NCBI GenBank assembly: GCA_000004695.1
Contig: CM000155.2
Span: 1,568,001 to 1,632,000 of the forward strand
Reading direction: 5' to 3'
Length of the DNA: 64,000 nucleotides
Origin: Dictyostelium discoideum
Lineage: Eukaryota
The number at the start of each line of letters is the position of its first letter. The stretch's first letter is position 1. The translations under genes and the position numbers were made by a program. Shown in pieces: positions 25,747 to 41,067 of the stretch. The notes below the pieces were generated by a model. That model was not told where the DNA came from, made no database searches, and saw only the letters and a program-made list of their open reading frames with translations.

Positions 25747-26763
25747 ATGGAATTACAGATTTTATCAAATTACTATGATTTTGAAACTCTATCTGGTCGA
25801 AAATTGAATATTTCACAAGAGAGTGGAGAAACTGTTGGAAATGTAAAAAAAAGAATTGCTTCAATTTTTGGAAATGATGGAGAGATTGGAAGTGATGGTA
25901 GTTTTTATTTATTACATTATGGTAGAGAATTAAATGATGATGAAATTGTTAATCAATCTTTAATTGATAGTAGTGTGGATGGCGATGATAAATTAAGAGG
26001 AAATGGTAGTAAAAAGGATAATAATAATAATGGTAAACCAATTCAAATTCGTCGTAATAGATATAGTTGTTTTGCTGAACATATGATTAATGAGCATTTA
26101 GTAAAACCATGGTCAAAATGGATTGCTAGAATTTCTTGTATAATTTTTTCAGTGTTACTAATTGCATCATTGGCACAAATTTCATTTTACCTTCCACATG
26201 CTAAAAATGTACCAGTAACATTTCAAACATTGGGTGTATTTGTAATGTCATCTTTATTAGGATGGAAAATGGGATGCTCCAGTATTATCCTTTACTTATT
26301 ATGTGGTCTTGCAGGTGCTCCATTCTTTACAAATCAGAACCATGGTGTAACTTATATGTATGGAAGTACTAGTGGTTACTTGTATGGTTTCATCGTTGCC
26401 TCTTTTATTGTTGGATTTTTCGCCGAAATGGGTAGTGATAGAGCTTATATCTTTAATTGGAAATCCACTTTGTTTTCAATGATATTTGCAAATATTGCCA
26501 TTTACATTATTGGTATTCCTGTTTTAGCTATTAAAATTGGTTGGATAAAATCATTCAAATTAGGTTTACTTCCATTTTTAGTTGGTGATGCACTTAAAAT
26601 AATTATTGCAACAATTATAATTCCATCAATTTGGAAATTCATTGCATTTCTCTCAAATAAGCGTATAATTATTAAATCTCCAACAATTAAAGATATTTTA
26701 TCTTCTTCACAATTAAAAAATGATAAAACTTCAATTGAACTAAATAATATAAACTCACAATAA
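25747..26763 (+). CDS. ubiquitin-like domain fused to a BioY-family (bacterial ECF-type) biotin transporter membrane domain
   Basis: Residues about 130-300 (NVPVTFQTLGVFVMSSLLGWKMGCSSIILYLLCGLAGAPFFTNQNHGVTYMYGSTSGYLYGFIVASFIVGFFAE…LLPFLVGDALKIIIATIII) align along their length with bacterial BioY (…PVTLQTL…LG…G…LY…LG…GLPVFAG…GPTGGYL…). The N-terminal about 75 aa (MELQILSNYYDFETLSGRKLNISQESGETVGNVKKRIASIFG…FYLLHYGRELNDDEIVNQSLID) has a ubiquitin beta-grasp pattern. Single ORF, ATG at 25747. Confidence 0.7.
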   Translation: MELQILSNYYDFETLSGRKLNISQESGETVGNVKKRIASIFGNDGEIGSDGSFYLLHYGRELNDDEIVNQSLIDSSVDGDDKLRGNGSKKDNNNNGKPIQIRRNRYSCFAEHMINEHLVKPWSKWIARISCIIFSVLLIASLAQISFYLPHAKNVPVTFQTLGVFVMSSLLGWKMGCSSIILYLLCGLAGAPFFTNQNHGVTYMYGSTSGYLYGFIVASFIVGFFAEMGSDRAYIFNWKSTLFSMIFANIAIYIIGIPVLAIKIGWIKSFKLGLLPFLVGDALKIIIATIIIPSIWKFIAFLSNKRIIIKSPTIKDILSSSQLKNDKTSIELNNINSQ

Positions 26764-26893
26764 CTATTTTAATTTACCAATAAATTTTTTTTTTTTTATT
26801 TTTTTTTCTCTCCCAAACAAGTTTTTTTTTTTTTTTATTCCTTTATAAATTAATTCATTACATTAAAAATATATGGATAGTATATTTTAAATA

Positions 26894-26925
<32 letters not shown>

Positions 26926-27139
26926 TGGAATGGCACCAGCTCAGTTTTTTTTTGACAATTTCTTTTTTATTTTTTTTTTTTTTATTTACATTTTTTTTTT
27001 TCTTGATGATTCCTTTATATATTAATTCATTACATTAATACTATCAGGATTCTATTTTTTAAATAATAAAAAAAAAAATGGAAAAAAAAAAAAAATAAAA
27101 TGATTAATATACTTTTTTTTTTTTTTTTTTTTTTAACTT

Positions 27140-28418
27140 TCAACATACCATATTTCTATAACAAATTGGAGATTGAACAGTTGTAGTTGTTTCAGTTACA
27201 GTTTTTGTAGTTGTAGTTGTAGTTGTCATCAACATATGTTTACATTCACTACAAACATGTTGACAATTAACATTTGGACATTTAAAATCACCTTTTGAAT
27301 AGGTGTTTTGTTGATTTCCTTTTTTTTCGGAAATGTTCATATTTTTTATATCTTCATTTAGTTTGTTTTCAATTGTATTATTCATCATTAATTGATAAGT
27401 TGATTGTTCAAATTGTTCAATTTGTTCTTCTGATAAATCAATCCATTCATCCATCCAACAAAAGAGAGATCTATGTGCTTTTAGAAATACTTCTCTTAAA
27501 CCATTGGTTTGAACTAAATTTTCAACTCTATTTTGGAATCCCCAATAATTGAAATTTACAGTTACTAATTTATAAACCACCATTGCCGGATTTACCTCTT
27601 TTCTCCAATTTGGCGATGTTAATGGACCTCTACCAGTTAATTTTGATTTAAACATTCTTGGATCTTCATCTGTTTTGACATCTTTTCCTTCAACTTCATC
27701 TCTTGCAATATCAACATGGTCTACTATTCTTTTCTTTAATATATCTTTACTTAATCCAAATACATTCTCTTCTTCATCTCTACCATCTTTATGAATAGAT
27801 TCAATACATAAATAAAACTTTTCACCAAAAAATGGGCACTTTTTTTTTTTTAATTTAAAAGAAATAAATAAATAAATAAAAATAAATAAATAAATAAAAA
27901 TAAATAAATAAATAAATAAATAGATAAATAAATAATTATTTAGTAAAACTAATTTTTTTTTTTTTTTTTTTTTAATATGTCAAAATAATTACACTATAAA
28001 TTGTTTTAGTATTTGGGTAACTATTCCAAGATTTTTCTTCAATTTTTAAAGCACTTTTTGGTAAAATTGCAGAAGCATATCTTGGTAAAGATTTTTTCAA
28101 AAGAAATACTTTGTGAGTAAATGTACCTTTTACACCATTTTTATCTGTAAATGAACTTTTTTCCAAAAGTTGAACATTATCACCTGCATTTGAAGATTCA
28201 TGGGTTTTTCTGGCTGTCATATATTTTTGACCCAACCTATATTCTTCCTTGGTAAATGGTAATGTAATTCTACTATATTTTATTTAATGGTTTTTAAAAA
28301 ATTAATATTAATTACTATACACATATATTTAATTTTTTTATTTTTTTTTTTATTATTTTTTTTTTTAACTCTAAAAATTTAAAAAAAATAAAAAAACTTA
28401 CTATTCCTTAATTAACAT
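27140..28418 (-). CDS. phosphatidylinositol transfer protein (PITP alpha/beta family) with Cys/Thr-rich C-terminal extension; exons 28418..28402 (17 nt), 28272..27993, 27838..27140
   Basis: Spliced N-terminus MLIKEY|RITLPFTKEEYRLGQKYM…GQYTHKVFLLKKSLP…EKSWNSYPNTKTIYS matches human PITPNA ([25 protein letters not shown]…). Exon 3 carries …EDPRMFKSKLTGRGPLTSPNWRKE…YKLVTVNFNYWGFQNRVENLV…, matching …[23 protein letters not shown]…[21 protein letters not shown]…. Donors GTAAGT (28401-28396) and GTAATT (27992-27987). Acceptors at 28274-28273 and 27840-27839. Confidence 0.8.
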
Positions 28419-29448
28419 TTTTTTAAAATATCAATGGAAGTATTATTATTATAATTATATTAATATTTTTTAATTATTATTTCAAAAAATAATTTAATTT
28501 AAAAATAAAATTAATTAATTTAAATTTGTTATTTTTATATTTTTTTTAATTTTTTTTTTTTTAATTTTTTTTTTTTTAATTTTTAGAGTTGGTTTTTGAT
28601 TATTTTTTTTGTATTAAATTTAATATAATGGTGTTTTGAATAAATGGGAAAAAAAAATAGATTTAAAAAATCTTTAAAATGACAACAAAATGTTTATTTG
28701 GATAATAAAGGTTCTATAAAAAAACAAAGACAAAAATCAGATTAATTTAAAAATAAAAAAAAAATGAAATCATTATAATTTTTTTATTTTTTTTAATTTC
28801 CATTTTTTACAAAAAAGGATAACTTTACATTTATAATCATTTGTTGAAAAAAAAAGAATTCTTTTTTTAGAAATCGTCTTTTAAATTAATATTATTCAAC
28901 CACATTTATTCCCGTTTTGGAATTTTTTTTTTTATTTTTTTTTTTTATTTTTTTTTTATTTTTTTTTTATTTTTATTATTTTTTTTTTATTTTTTTTTTT
29001 TTTTTATATTTTTAAAGAAAAAACTTTTGGATAACCAATAAATTATTTTCATATTTTATTTTATTTTTTTTTAATTCAAATCTAACAAAATTATTTTATT
29101 TTTCATTTTTTTTTTTTTTTTTTTTTTTTAACAATGATTTCATTATATTTATTTTAATATTAATTTAGTATGGATAGTTGAGCATTAAAAATTTCACAAA
29201 ACGACATAAAATAAAAAAAAATAAAAAAAAAATGAAAAAAAACCTTTTATTTTTTGAATTTTTTTTTTTTTGAATTTTTTTTTTTATACAAAAATTAAGT
29301 TTGTTGTTGTAGAAAATGAAGAATGGAATATGGTAATTTAGTTTTTCCTTCTCATTCCTTAATCCAAAGCACAAATTATTATATTTTCTTATAAAGTTGA
29401 GATTTTAATTGGGCATAATAAAAAAAAAAAAGGAATAAATAAATAAAT

Positions 29449-29479
<31 letters not shown>

Positions 29480-29520
29480 AATTAATTAAACCTACAAAAA
29501 AAACCTATTAAATTCTTTAT

Positions 29521-33190
<3,670 letters not shown>

Positions 33191-33646
33191 ATATTGATTT
33201 ATATATAAACTTTTTTTATTATTCTCTAATTAATGTTCCAAAAAAAAAAAAAAAAAAAAAAAAAAAACTATGAAAAAAAGTTTTTTTTACACACAACCAA
33301 TATACATATAAATTTATTTTTTATTTATTATTTGTGAAATTTTTATTTATTTTTTTTACTTCTAATATTAAACCAATACAATTAAAAAAAAGTAATAAAA
33401 AACAAAAAAAAAAAATAAATAAAAATTTTGAATGCAATTTAAAAAATGAAAAAAATAAAAAAAATAAAAAAAATAAAAAAAATAAAATTAAAAAAAAAAA
33501 ATAAAAAAAAAAAATCCAAAAAGGATAGGATTTTATAATTGCTCCATGTTTATTATATTCTTCCTACTACAATTTTTTATAATTTTTTCTTTTTTTTTAT
33601 AATTTTTTTTTTTAATTTTTTTTAAGAATTAAAAAAAACTTAATAA

Positions 33647-33981
33647 TTAATTTCCATTAATGGTAAAATAAGATTTACGACTTCCATTTACATTATCTTC
33701 ATAAAGAGGTGCCATTTCTTGGATAACTTCCAACAATAGACTTGGTGATTCTGATAAAACTTTATTAAATTCTTTATTTTGGAATAATTTTTTAACATTT
33801 CCCAGTATAAACTCCATTGATGATTTTTTCAAAAATTTACAATTATAAATATCTGATTTTAATAAAAATAATGCAACATTATTTGAATTAATTTCAGTAA
33901 TTAATTTTAATTCACAACGGTCTATAAAAATAAATTTTTTTTTTTTTTTTGAAATTAATTTTAGTTTAATCTTTAAAAAAT

Positions 33982-34073
<92 letters not shown>

Positions 34074-35185
34074 TACGTTTTAAAGTATCTAATAAATATT
34101 CATCTGCTATAATAATTAATTGTAATACCATATCAATATTATCTTCATTTAATGAATCTGAATATAAATATTCAATCATTTTTCTAAAAACAGCAGGTTC
34201 ATAATTTACAATTTCAATTTCTTTTAATTGACTCTCTTTCATATCATTTTGAAACATTCCTTGAAATTTTTGGCATCTGGACGATAAAATATCTTTTTTT
34301 TTTTTTTATTTTTTTATTTTTTTTTTTTGGGAATAAATGTTAGTTTTTAGAAATAAATAAATAAAAAATAAATTAAAAATATACAAACTTTTATGAGAAA
34401 GTAAAAGTGAACCATCTAATAATTTAAAAGCAATATCACTATAAACTGGATTATTAAATAAAGAACCAATATTATTTACAAAGATTGAATGTAGGTTATT
34501 TGCACGTAATTTATTTTTTAATTTTCTAACTACAATTGTTTCACCACTATTTAATCCAATCTTTATAAATTTAGAAATAGTTAATATGTATATATTTATT
34601 TATGTATATATATGTATATATGAATATTGAAATTTAAATATTTACATCATTAGGACATTGTTCAGGATCTATTCTATCTTGAAATAAAAATATTAATTGA
34701 GATTCTTCAATTGAAAATCTTTGTGAAATATGTCCAAATAATCTTTTGAATAGTGTATGTTTTTTCATTAAAAATGGTGGTAAACTTGTAGTTTGAATAC
34801 CAACTGGTAATATATATATTGTTATATTTTCAACTGAAGGTGGTGGTGTATTATTAGCAGATTGTTGTAGTTGAGTCTGTTGTGGTTGTGGTTGTGGTGG
34901 TTGTGGTTGTTGTATTGCTAATAATTGACCTGTTAAAGTTATTCCTCCATTATCACCACTTTGTCGTTGTTGTGCCTGTTGTGGCTGTAATGTTGGTGGA
35001 TTTGAAGTTGGAGTTGAAATTGTTGTAGATAACATATTTAAATTATTATTACTATTATTATTATTATTTATATTATTTATATTATTATTATTATTATTAT
35101 TTACATTATTTATAGTTGAATTTAAAGCTGCAGTATTTGAAGTTGTTATTGTATTTAGTCCAATTGTATTTAAATTAAATGACAT
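33647..35185 (-). CDS. BTB/POZ-domain protein with N/T-rich N-terminus; exons 35185..34646, 34560..34385, 34276..34077, 33921..33647
   Basis: BTB core is split over exons 2-3 (…SDIAFKLLDGSLLLSHKSL|LCQKFQGMFQNDMKESQLKEIEIVNYEPAVFRKMIEYLYSDSLNEDNIDMVLQLIIIADEYLLDTLK). Donors GTAAAT (34645), GTATAT (34384), GTAATT (34076). Acceptors at 34562-34561, 34278-34277, 33923-33922. Intron 3 contains (AAT)n. The ORF-track Met at 35194 is a GTG. First ATG is at 35185. Confidence 0.7.
33990..34070. repeat. (AAT)n microsatellite in BTB-gene intron 3
   Basis: Perfect trinucleotide run. Confidence 0.9.
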
Positions 35186-35239
35186 TACATACACCTAATA
35201 CGTTTAATACAAATATTTGAACACAACAATAAAAACAAT

Positions 35240-35284
<45 letters not shown>

Positions 35285-35468
35285 AAAATAAAAAAAAATT
35301 TATAAAAAAAAAAAATAAAAATTAAAAATAATTTTTAATTAAATTTTAGACTTTTTTGTGAAAAAAAAAAAAAAAAAATAAAAAAATAAAAAAAAAAAAA
35401 AAAAAAAATAAAAAAAGGGAAAACTGGATTTTTTTTATTTTTTATTTTTATTTTTTTATTTTTTTATT

Positions 35469-36879
35469 TTAATCGAGTATACTTAAAAAGTCAATAGTTT
35501 TTCTGGAAGTACAAGCTTGACAATTACAAATAAAAGAATAAGTTTCTTTAAGAGTCGTTCTTCTTTTTTCAGTTGTTAATTTTTCACCATCTAAATAAGA
35601 TATGAAAAGTTCCTCACCTTTTTTAATTGGTCTTCTTGTACAGAAACGAATTGATTTATCATTTACAACTGGGGTTGCAATGAAAACATTTGGTTCGCAT
35701 GAATGGTTAAAGAAAGAACCTTGCATTAGAATACTTGCTAATTGTTGTGATGGAATCTCTTGGAAATCAAATGAATAGCCTAACTCATCCATTGGGTTTT
35801 TTTCAGAGAGAATTTTAATTCTAGAAGTTGGGAAAGCCACAGCATTCAATCTGATTATTGATTTAACACGATGATAAATCTCTTGAGTGATTTCACGATT
35901 TGAGAAAATTCCTTTTATAGATTGATAGATTTTCATATCTTTTCTACTTAAATATGAGGTTGTATGATTTTTTGATGGTTCAGTATGAACTAGTCTCTTT
36001 AAGAATTGGTCCATTTGCATTGAACGTAATGGTTCGTCTTGGTTACCACCAGTTGTATATTGCAATGAAAACACTTGTAACATTAATAAATACTCTGTTC
36101 TTTCTTCGTCATCCAATTTTGAAATATCATGATAAAATTTATTTAAAAAGTTTGTATGAACATTTGATGGTGTTCCACTGCATATTAATCTATGTCTTGC
36201 CATTCCCTGAGCTTCACATTCTGATGAACAAAATATAGCTTCATTACAATTTGGACAACAAACTCCACTAATAGAACCCAATGGTAAATTTGTCATACGA
36301 CTTAATGTATCCTCAATCTTTGGAAATTCTTTTGATTTTGATATCTCTCTATCATTTTGTAATTCAACTGGTTGCAATGATAAATGACAATTATTACAAT
36401 GTTCATCCTAAATAAAATAAAACATATGTTAATATTATGAAAAAATGTATATATATTATTTAAAAATTAATATTATTAATATTACATCATGTTTTTCATA
36501 TTTATGTTTTGCTAAATTTGTTGAAATTGAAAGTAATGAAGGTGCTTCAAAAAGTAATTCTTCTTCTTCAATATCTCTAGTTGCAAAGATACCTCTACCG
36601 TGAATTGGTGATTTCTTTACCATTGCATTACCCATTAAAGTTGATGATAAACCATTAAAGAATTCATAATCATCTTCATGATTTGGTACAATAACTGTAT
36701 CTGGATATAACATCATTTCTGCCTCTCTCTTTAAATCAACAATTTTTGGATTATGTATTAAAAGTAATGATTTTTCAAATGCAACAATTGCTTCATTATA
36801 TTTCTCTTTTCTAACTAAACAAATTCCTTTAATAACAAATGCTCTATATACAATAAAATATTATTATTATTATATATTC

Positions 36880-36933
<54 letters not shown>

Positions 36934-37457
36934 TAATCAATCACATTAATTAATTAATTCAATACATACTCTGATAAAATTTCACCTTCAGTTGAATTTT
37001 TAATAACTGTATTACAATCAATGATTGCATCATCTAAACGTGATAATGATTCTAATACTGTTGCACGTTGAATACGAACTGCATAATCGGCTGGTGTATG
37101 ACTAAGTACCCAATAATATCTTTTTAATGCTTCTTCAGGTTTACCATTCATAAATTCATCATATGCTTTTTGAATTGCAATTTGAATACTATAACTTAAA
37201 TGTAATGATGCTGGATCAACTGGTATTTTTGGTTTTATTTGTGGTGCATTTTGAAATCCTTTAATCTCTTCTTCAATATCTTCTTTACTTCTAATTGTAC
37301 TATTTATTGCATCTTTTGAATTTTTTGTTGAGAAAATATCTGACCCACCACCACTACCACCTGTACAAAAATATCTTGTTAAATTATTATAATTATTATT
37401 AAAATAAAATTTAATTAAATTTTCATTCTTTTTTAAACTTTGTAATCTATTTAACAT
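35469..37457 (-). CDS. SMYD4-like lysine methyltransferase (N-terminal TPR repeats, split SET domain, MYND zinc finger); exons about 37457..36970, 36843..36486, 36407..35469
   Basis: Exon 1 is TPR-like (…ALKRYYWVLSHTPADYAVRIQRATVLESLSRLDDAIIDC…). Exon 2 continues TPR into the SET N-lobe (…VKKSPIHGRGIFATRDIEEEELLFEAPSL…). Exon 3 begins with the MYND finger (DEHCNNCHLS…CCPNCNEAIFCSSECEAQGMARHRLIC) and ends with the SET C-lobe (GSFFNHSCEPNVFIA…GEELFISY). Donors GTATGT (36969) and GTAATA (36485). Acceptors 36845-36844 and 36409-36408. Intron 1 holds a (TCAA)n microsatellite. Exon-1 coordinates are +/-1 (frame disagreement with my hand indexing). Confidence 0.75.
36881..36943. repeat. (TCAA)n microsatellite in SMYD4-like gene intron 1
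   Basis: ccaatcaatcaatcaatcaa… about 15 units. Confidence 0.9.
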
Positions 37458-37575
37458 TTTCTCCAAAAATAAAAAAAAAAAAAAAGATATTTTTATTTGT
37501 TGATTGAGAAAATAAAATAAAATGAAATGTTTGAAAAAAAAATATTTCAAACGTTTGGTGAGACTCGGGTGGGTC

Positions 37576-37636
<61 letters not shown>

Positions 37637-38037
37637 AATTTTTATTTTAAATTTTTTTTAATTTTTATTTTTTTTAACACACTTTTCATTTTCTTGTAAA
37701 TGAATTTATTTATTTTCACACCAACCAAGATTTAATATTACTTTTTATTTTTTTTTTTTTAATTTTTTTTAAAATCGTATTAGTTGATTTTAAAATCTAA
37801 ATGAAAAAGATTAATTATTATGTTTTATTATATACTTATAAATTATATAAAACATATTAATTGATTTTTTCTTTTAAAATCAATTAATATGTTTTAAAAT
37901 CAACCGATACAATTTTAAAAAAAAATGATTTATATTTACAATAAAAAATAATATATTATATTATTCTTTTATTCATTTTTTTTTTATTTTTAATTATTTA
38001 AAAAATCCATCTTTTTTTTTTTTTTTTGATAGAGTTT

Positions 38038-38364
38038 TTATTCATAGTAACGAATAATCCATTCACAAATTGCAGAAGCTTTTGGTTGATCTTCAACTTC
38101 AAAAGTTAATTTAATAACAGCTTGAGCACCACCTGAAACTGGTGTTAATTCTTGTAATTCAAATTTACATCTTAAATTACCATCGACTGGTACTGGCGAT
38201 AAGAATCTAATTTTATTGAAACCATAATTTACACCATATTTAATACCTTCAACATTTGGCATAACTTCTTCTGCAAACATTGGTGCTAATGATAATGTTA
38301 AGAAACCATGTGCAATTGGACTATAATATATATATAAATATTAATAATTAGTATATACATTGAG

Positions 38365-38407
<43 letters not shown>

Positions 38408-38826
38408 ATAGAGGATAGATAATTTACCCACCAAAAGGACTTTCAGATTTAGCTCTTTCTGGATCAATATGAATCCATTGGAAATCACCAGTTGATTCAG
38501 CAAAAGAGTTTACACGATCTTGAGTGATTTTAAAGTATTCACTTGTACCAATCTCTTTACCAACTAAAGTTTTCATCTCTTCTAAACCTTTAAGAGTTTT
38601 AGTATTTCTTGCATTTCTTTGAGCTTGTGCTCTAATAACAAGTTCTCTTAATGATGCATCTGTATTATTTGATGAGAGATAAAAACTTTCTAATAATTTA
38701 AGGTTAATTTTTTTTTTTTTTTTTTAATATTCTGTTTTTTTTTTTTTTAAAAAAAAAATTACCATTTGATGATGAACATAAATGATTAGTTAATGTTTCA
38801 ACTCTTCTAATTTGTTGTTGATTCAT
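38038..38826 (-). CDS. MaoC-like hotdog-fold (R)-specific enoyl/hydroxyacyl-thioester dehydratase (HTD2-like) with N-terminal extension; exons 38826..38763, 38689..38428, 38320..38038
   Basis: Motifs FAESTGDFQWIHIDPERAKSESPFGG|PIAHGFLTLSLAPM are typical of MaoC dehydratases. Donors GTAATT (38762) and GTAAAT (38427). Acceptors 38691-38690 and 38322-38321. Phases 1 and 2 consistent. 202 aa. Confidence 0.75.
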
Positions 38827-39076
38827 TTTCTATAAATTTAATATAAACAATTCAAAAAAAAAAAAAAATAAAAAAAAAAATAAAAAAAATAAAAAAAAAA
38901 AAAACAAAAAAAATTAAAAAAATAAAAAAAATAAAAAAAAATAAAAAAAAAAATTAAAATTGAAAATGATATTCTGGAAATTTAAAATAAATAAATAAAT
39001 AATCTAAATAAAAAAATAAAATCAAATGAATGATTATAAATTTAATATACAATATTATTTATTTATTTTTTATATT

Positions 39077-39319
39077 TTAATAGAACTCTTCTTTGATAAC
39101 TTTACCATCTTTCCATTCTTGTAAAGCCCATTGAGTTTTCGCAACTTTGTAACCACCATAAGTGAAATTCATAAACATTTCATAGGCAGTATTATTTCCA
39201 TCAACTAAGATTTTGGTTATTCTTGCTTCATGAATGGTTGCATTATTAACAATTGGTTCTTAAGCTTTATGATTTGCTTCTTTACCAACACGGTTTGTTG
39301 AATCATCATTTTCATACAT
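39077..39319 (-). pseudogene. NTF2/SnoaL-like small protein fragment with an in-frame TAA (39262..39260); possible additional 5' exon beginning ATG 39486..39484; structure unresolved
   Basis: Minus-strand frame ATG(39319) MYENDDSTNRVGKEANHKA-TAA-EPIVNNATIHEARITKILVDGNNTAYEMFMNFTYGGYKVAKTQWALQEWKDGKVIKEEFY-TAA(39079..39077). GC content of the whole stretch is coding-like. Upstream MSIKENLEVSKIIKFWKF has no clean donor. Confidence 0.3.
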
Positions 39320-40383
39320 TAAAATATCCTTTTAAATTTAAAAATAAATTAATTTATTATTCATAAAAATAAAAAAATAATAAAAAAAATAAAAAAATAA
39401 AAAATAAAATACAAACATGGTAATTTTTATCAAAATTTCCAAAATTTTATTATCTTGGATACTTCTAAATTTTCTTTAATTGACATCTTAATAATTTTTT
39501 TTTTTTTTTTTTTAAAACTTAAAAAATTTTTAATTTATTTAAATTTATTTATTTTTTTTTTTTATATTTGTAATTTTTAATTTATTATTTTTATTAATAT
39601 ATTTTTCGGAATATCTTTTTTTTTTTTTTTTTTTTTTCTAAACGATCTGGGGGAGTATTCCGGAATCGAGATTTATAGTACAAATTTATTTTGTATTTTT
39701 TTTTTTCAAAATTTATGGGTAATATTCCACACGAACAAATCTTTGAGTTTTTACTGGAGCCACTGGATGAACCATCATACATATTCTTAAATCATTATAT
39801 TTTTCATTTTTAATACAAGACATTTTAATATTTTGATTTATATTTTTATTATTTTTCAATGAGAAATTATTTAAATTTTCTATATATATATATATAATAA
39901 AAAACATGATTTTAGTTAGTAAATATAATATTTTCTTTTTTTTTTTTTATTTAATTCTTTGTTTTTTTTTATTTTTTATTAATTTATTTTTTTTATTTTT
40001 TTTTTTTTTATTAAAAATATATACATACCAAATAACATTTTTTTTATTAATTATAAATATATTTTAAATAATAATTTAGTTTGAAATTAAATGAATAAAA
40101 AAAAAAAAAAAAAGTGTTTAAATAATTTTTTTTAATTTTATTATCAATATTTAAATCTTAAAATTTATATAATCAAATTTAGTAATAGTATTTTTTTAAA
40201 ATTTTTATTTATTTCATCATATATTATCATAAAAAAAAGTATTAATTTTATTAAATTGTTTCACTGAAGGTATGACACAAAAAAATATTGACCAACACAA
40301 AATAAAACAATTGGTAGAAATTTGTAAAATTTAAAAATAAAAAAAATAAAACAAAATAAAAAATAAATAATGATAAAATAAGG

Positions 40384-40421
<38 letters not shown>

Positions 40422-41067
40422 TAACGCACAATTCAAATAATCACGAAAAAAGCTTTTTAAAAAAAACATCGCAAAAAAATAAAGAACACCAATGTAAATT
40501 AAATCAATATGAAAGTGTGGAAAATTAAATATCTATAAGGAAATAGGAGGTTGAAAATGCACAGAAATAATTTTATAACCATAAATAATAATTTTTATTT
40601 CCCACACCATTTTTGATAATGTAAAAAAAAAATGAACAAGGATAATAATACTTCTTTACAAACAAAACAACACAAAAAAAAAAAAAAAAAAAAAAAAAAC
40701 AACACTTTCCAATAAAATTACAATAGCTTGCAAAAAATAATTATTGAAAATAAATAATGTTATTTAGATCATATTACAAATTTAACACCACTAATACAAA
40801 AAAAGAAATAATTTAAAAATAAAAATAAAAATAAAAAAAAAAAAATTAAAAATTAAAAATAAAAATAAGATATAAAAAAAAAAAAAAAATAAATGGTGAG
40901 AATTATTTCTTTTCAAATTATAACATTTTTGATATCTTTTTTTTTTTTATATTATTTTATTTTATTTTATTTATTTTATTTTAATTAAAAAATTATATAA
41001 ATATATATTATTTTTAATGATAATCTTTTTTTTTATTTTTATTTTTATTTTATTTTATTTTACTATT

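Noticed and set aside
27295-27552. Plus ORF 27295..27552 and minus ORF 23234..23431 / 23639..23836
   Set aside because: Antisense of PITP exon 3 and of the coiled-coil gene respectively.
29165-29374. Minus ORF 29165..29374
   Set aside because: A/T-rich spacer translation (K/F/N-rich), no splice or homology support.
35954-36238. Plus ORF 35954..36238
   Set aside because: Antisense to the SMYD4-like last exon.
39265-39330. Possibility that the in-frame TAA of the SnoaL-like locus is removed by a short intron (GTAAAG…AG)
   Set aside because: Candidate intron would be about 66 nt with 33% GC and non-T-rich acceptor context. Joining still produces TAA in frame. Composition is coding-like, not intron-like.
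39594-39907. Minus ORFs 39594..39782 and 39713..39907
   Set aside because: Short, A/T-rich, no homology. 39713..39907 contains a slightly GC-richer end (…MMVHPVAPVKTQRFVRVEYYP) that I could not assign to any family. Retained only as part of the GC-island finding.
40251-40469. Minus ORF 40251..40469 and plus ORFs 41140..42155 and 43166..43384, 44372..44792
   Set aside because: Spacer poly-T translations or antisense of the rhomboid and mfsd8 exons.
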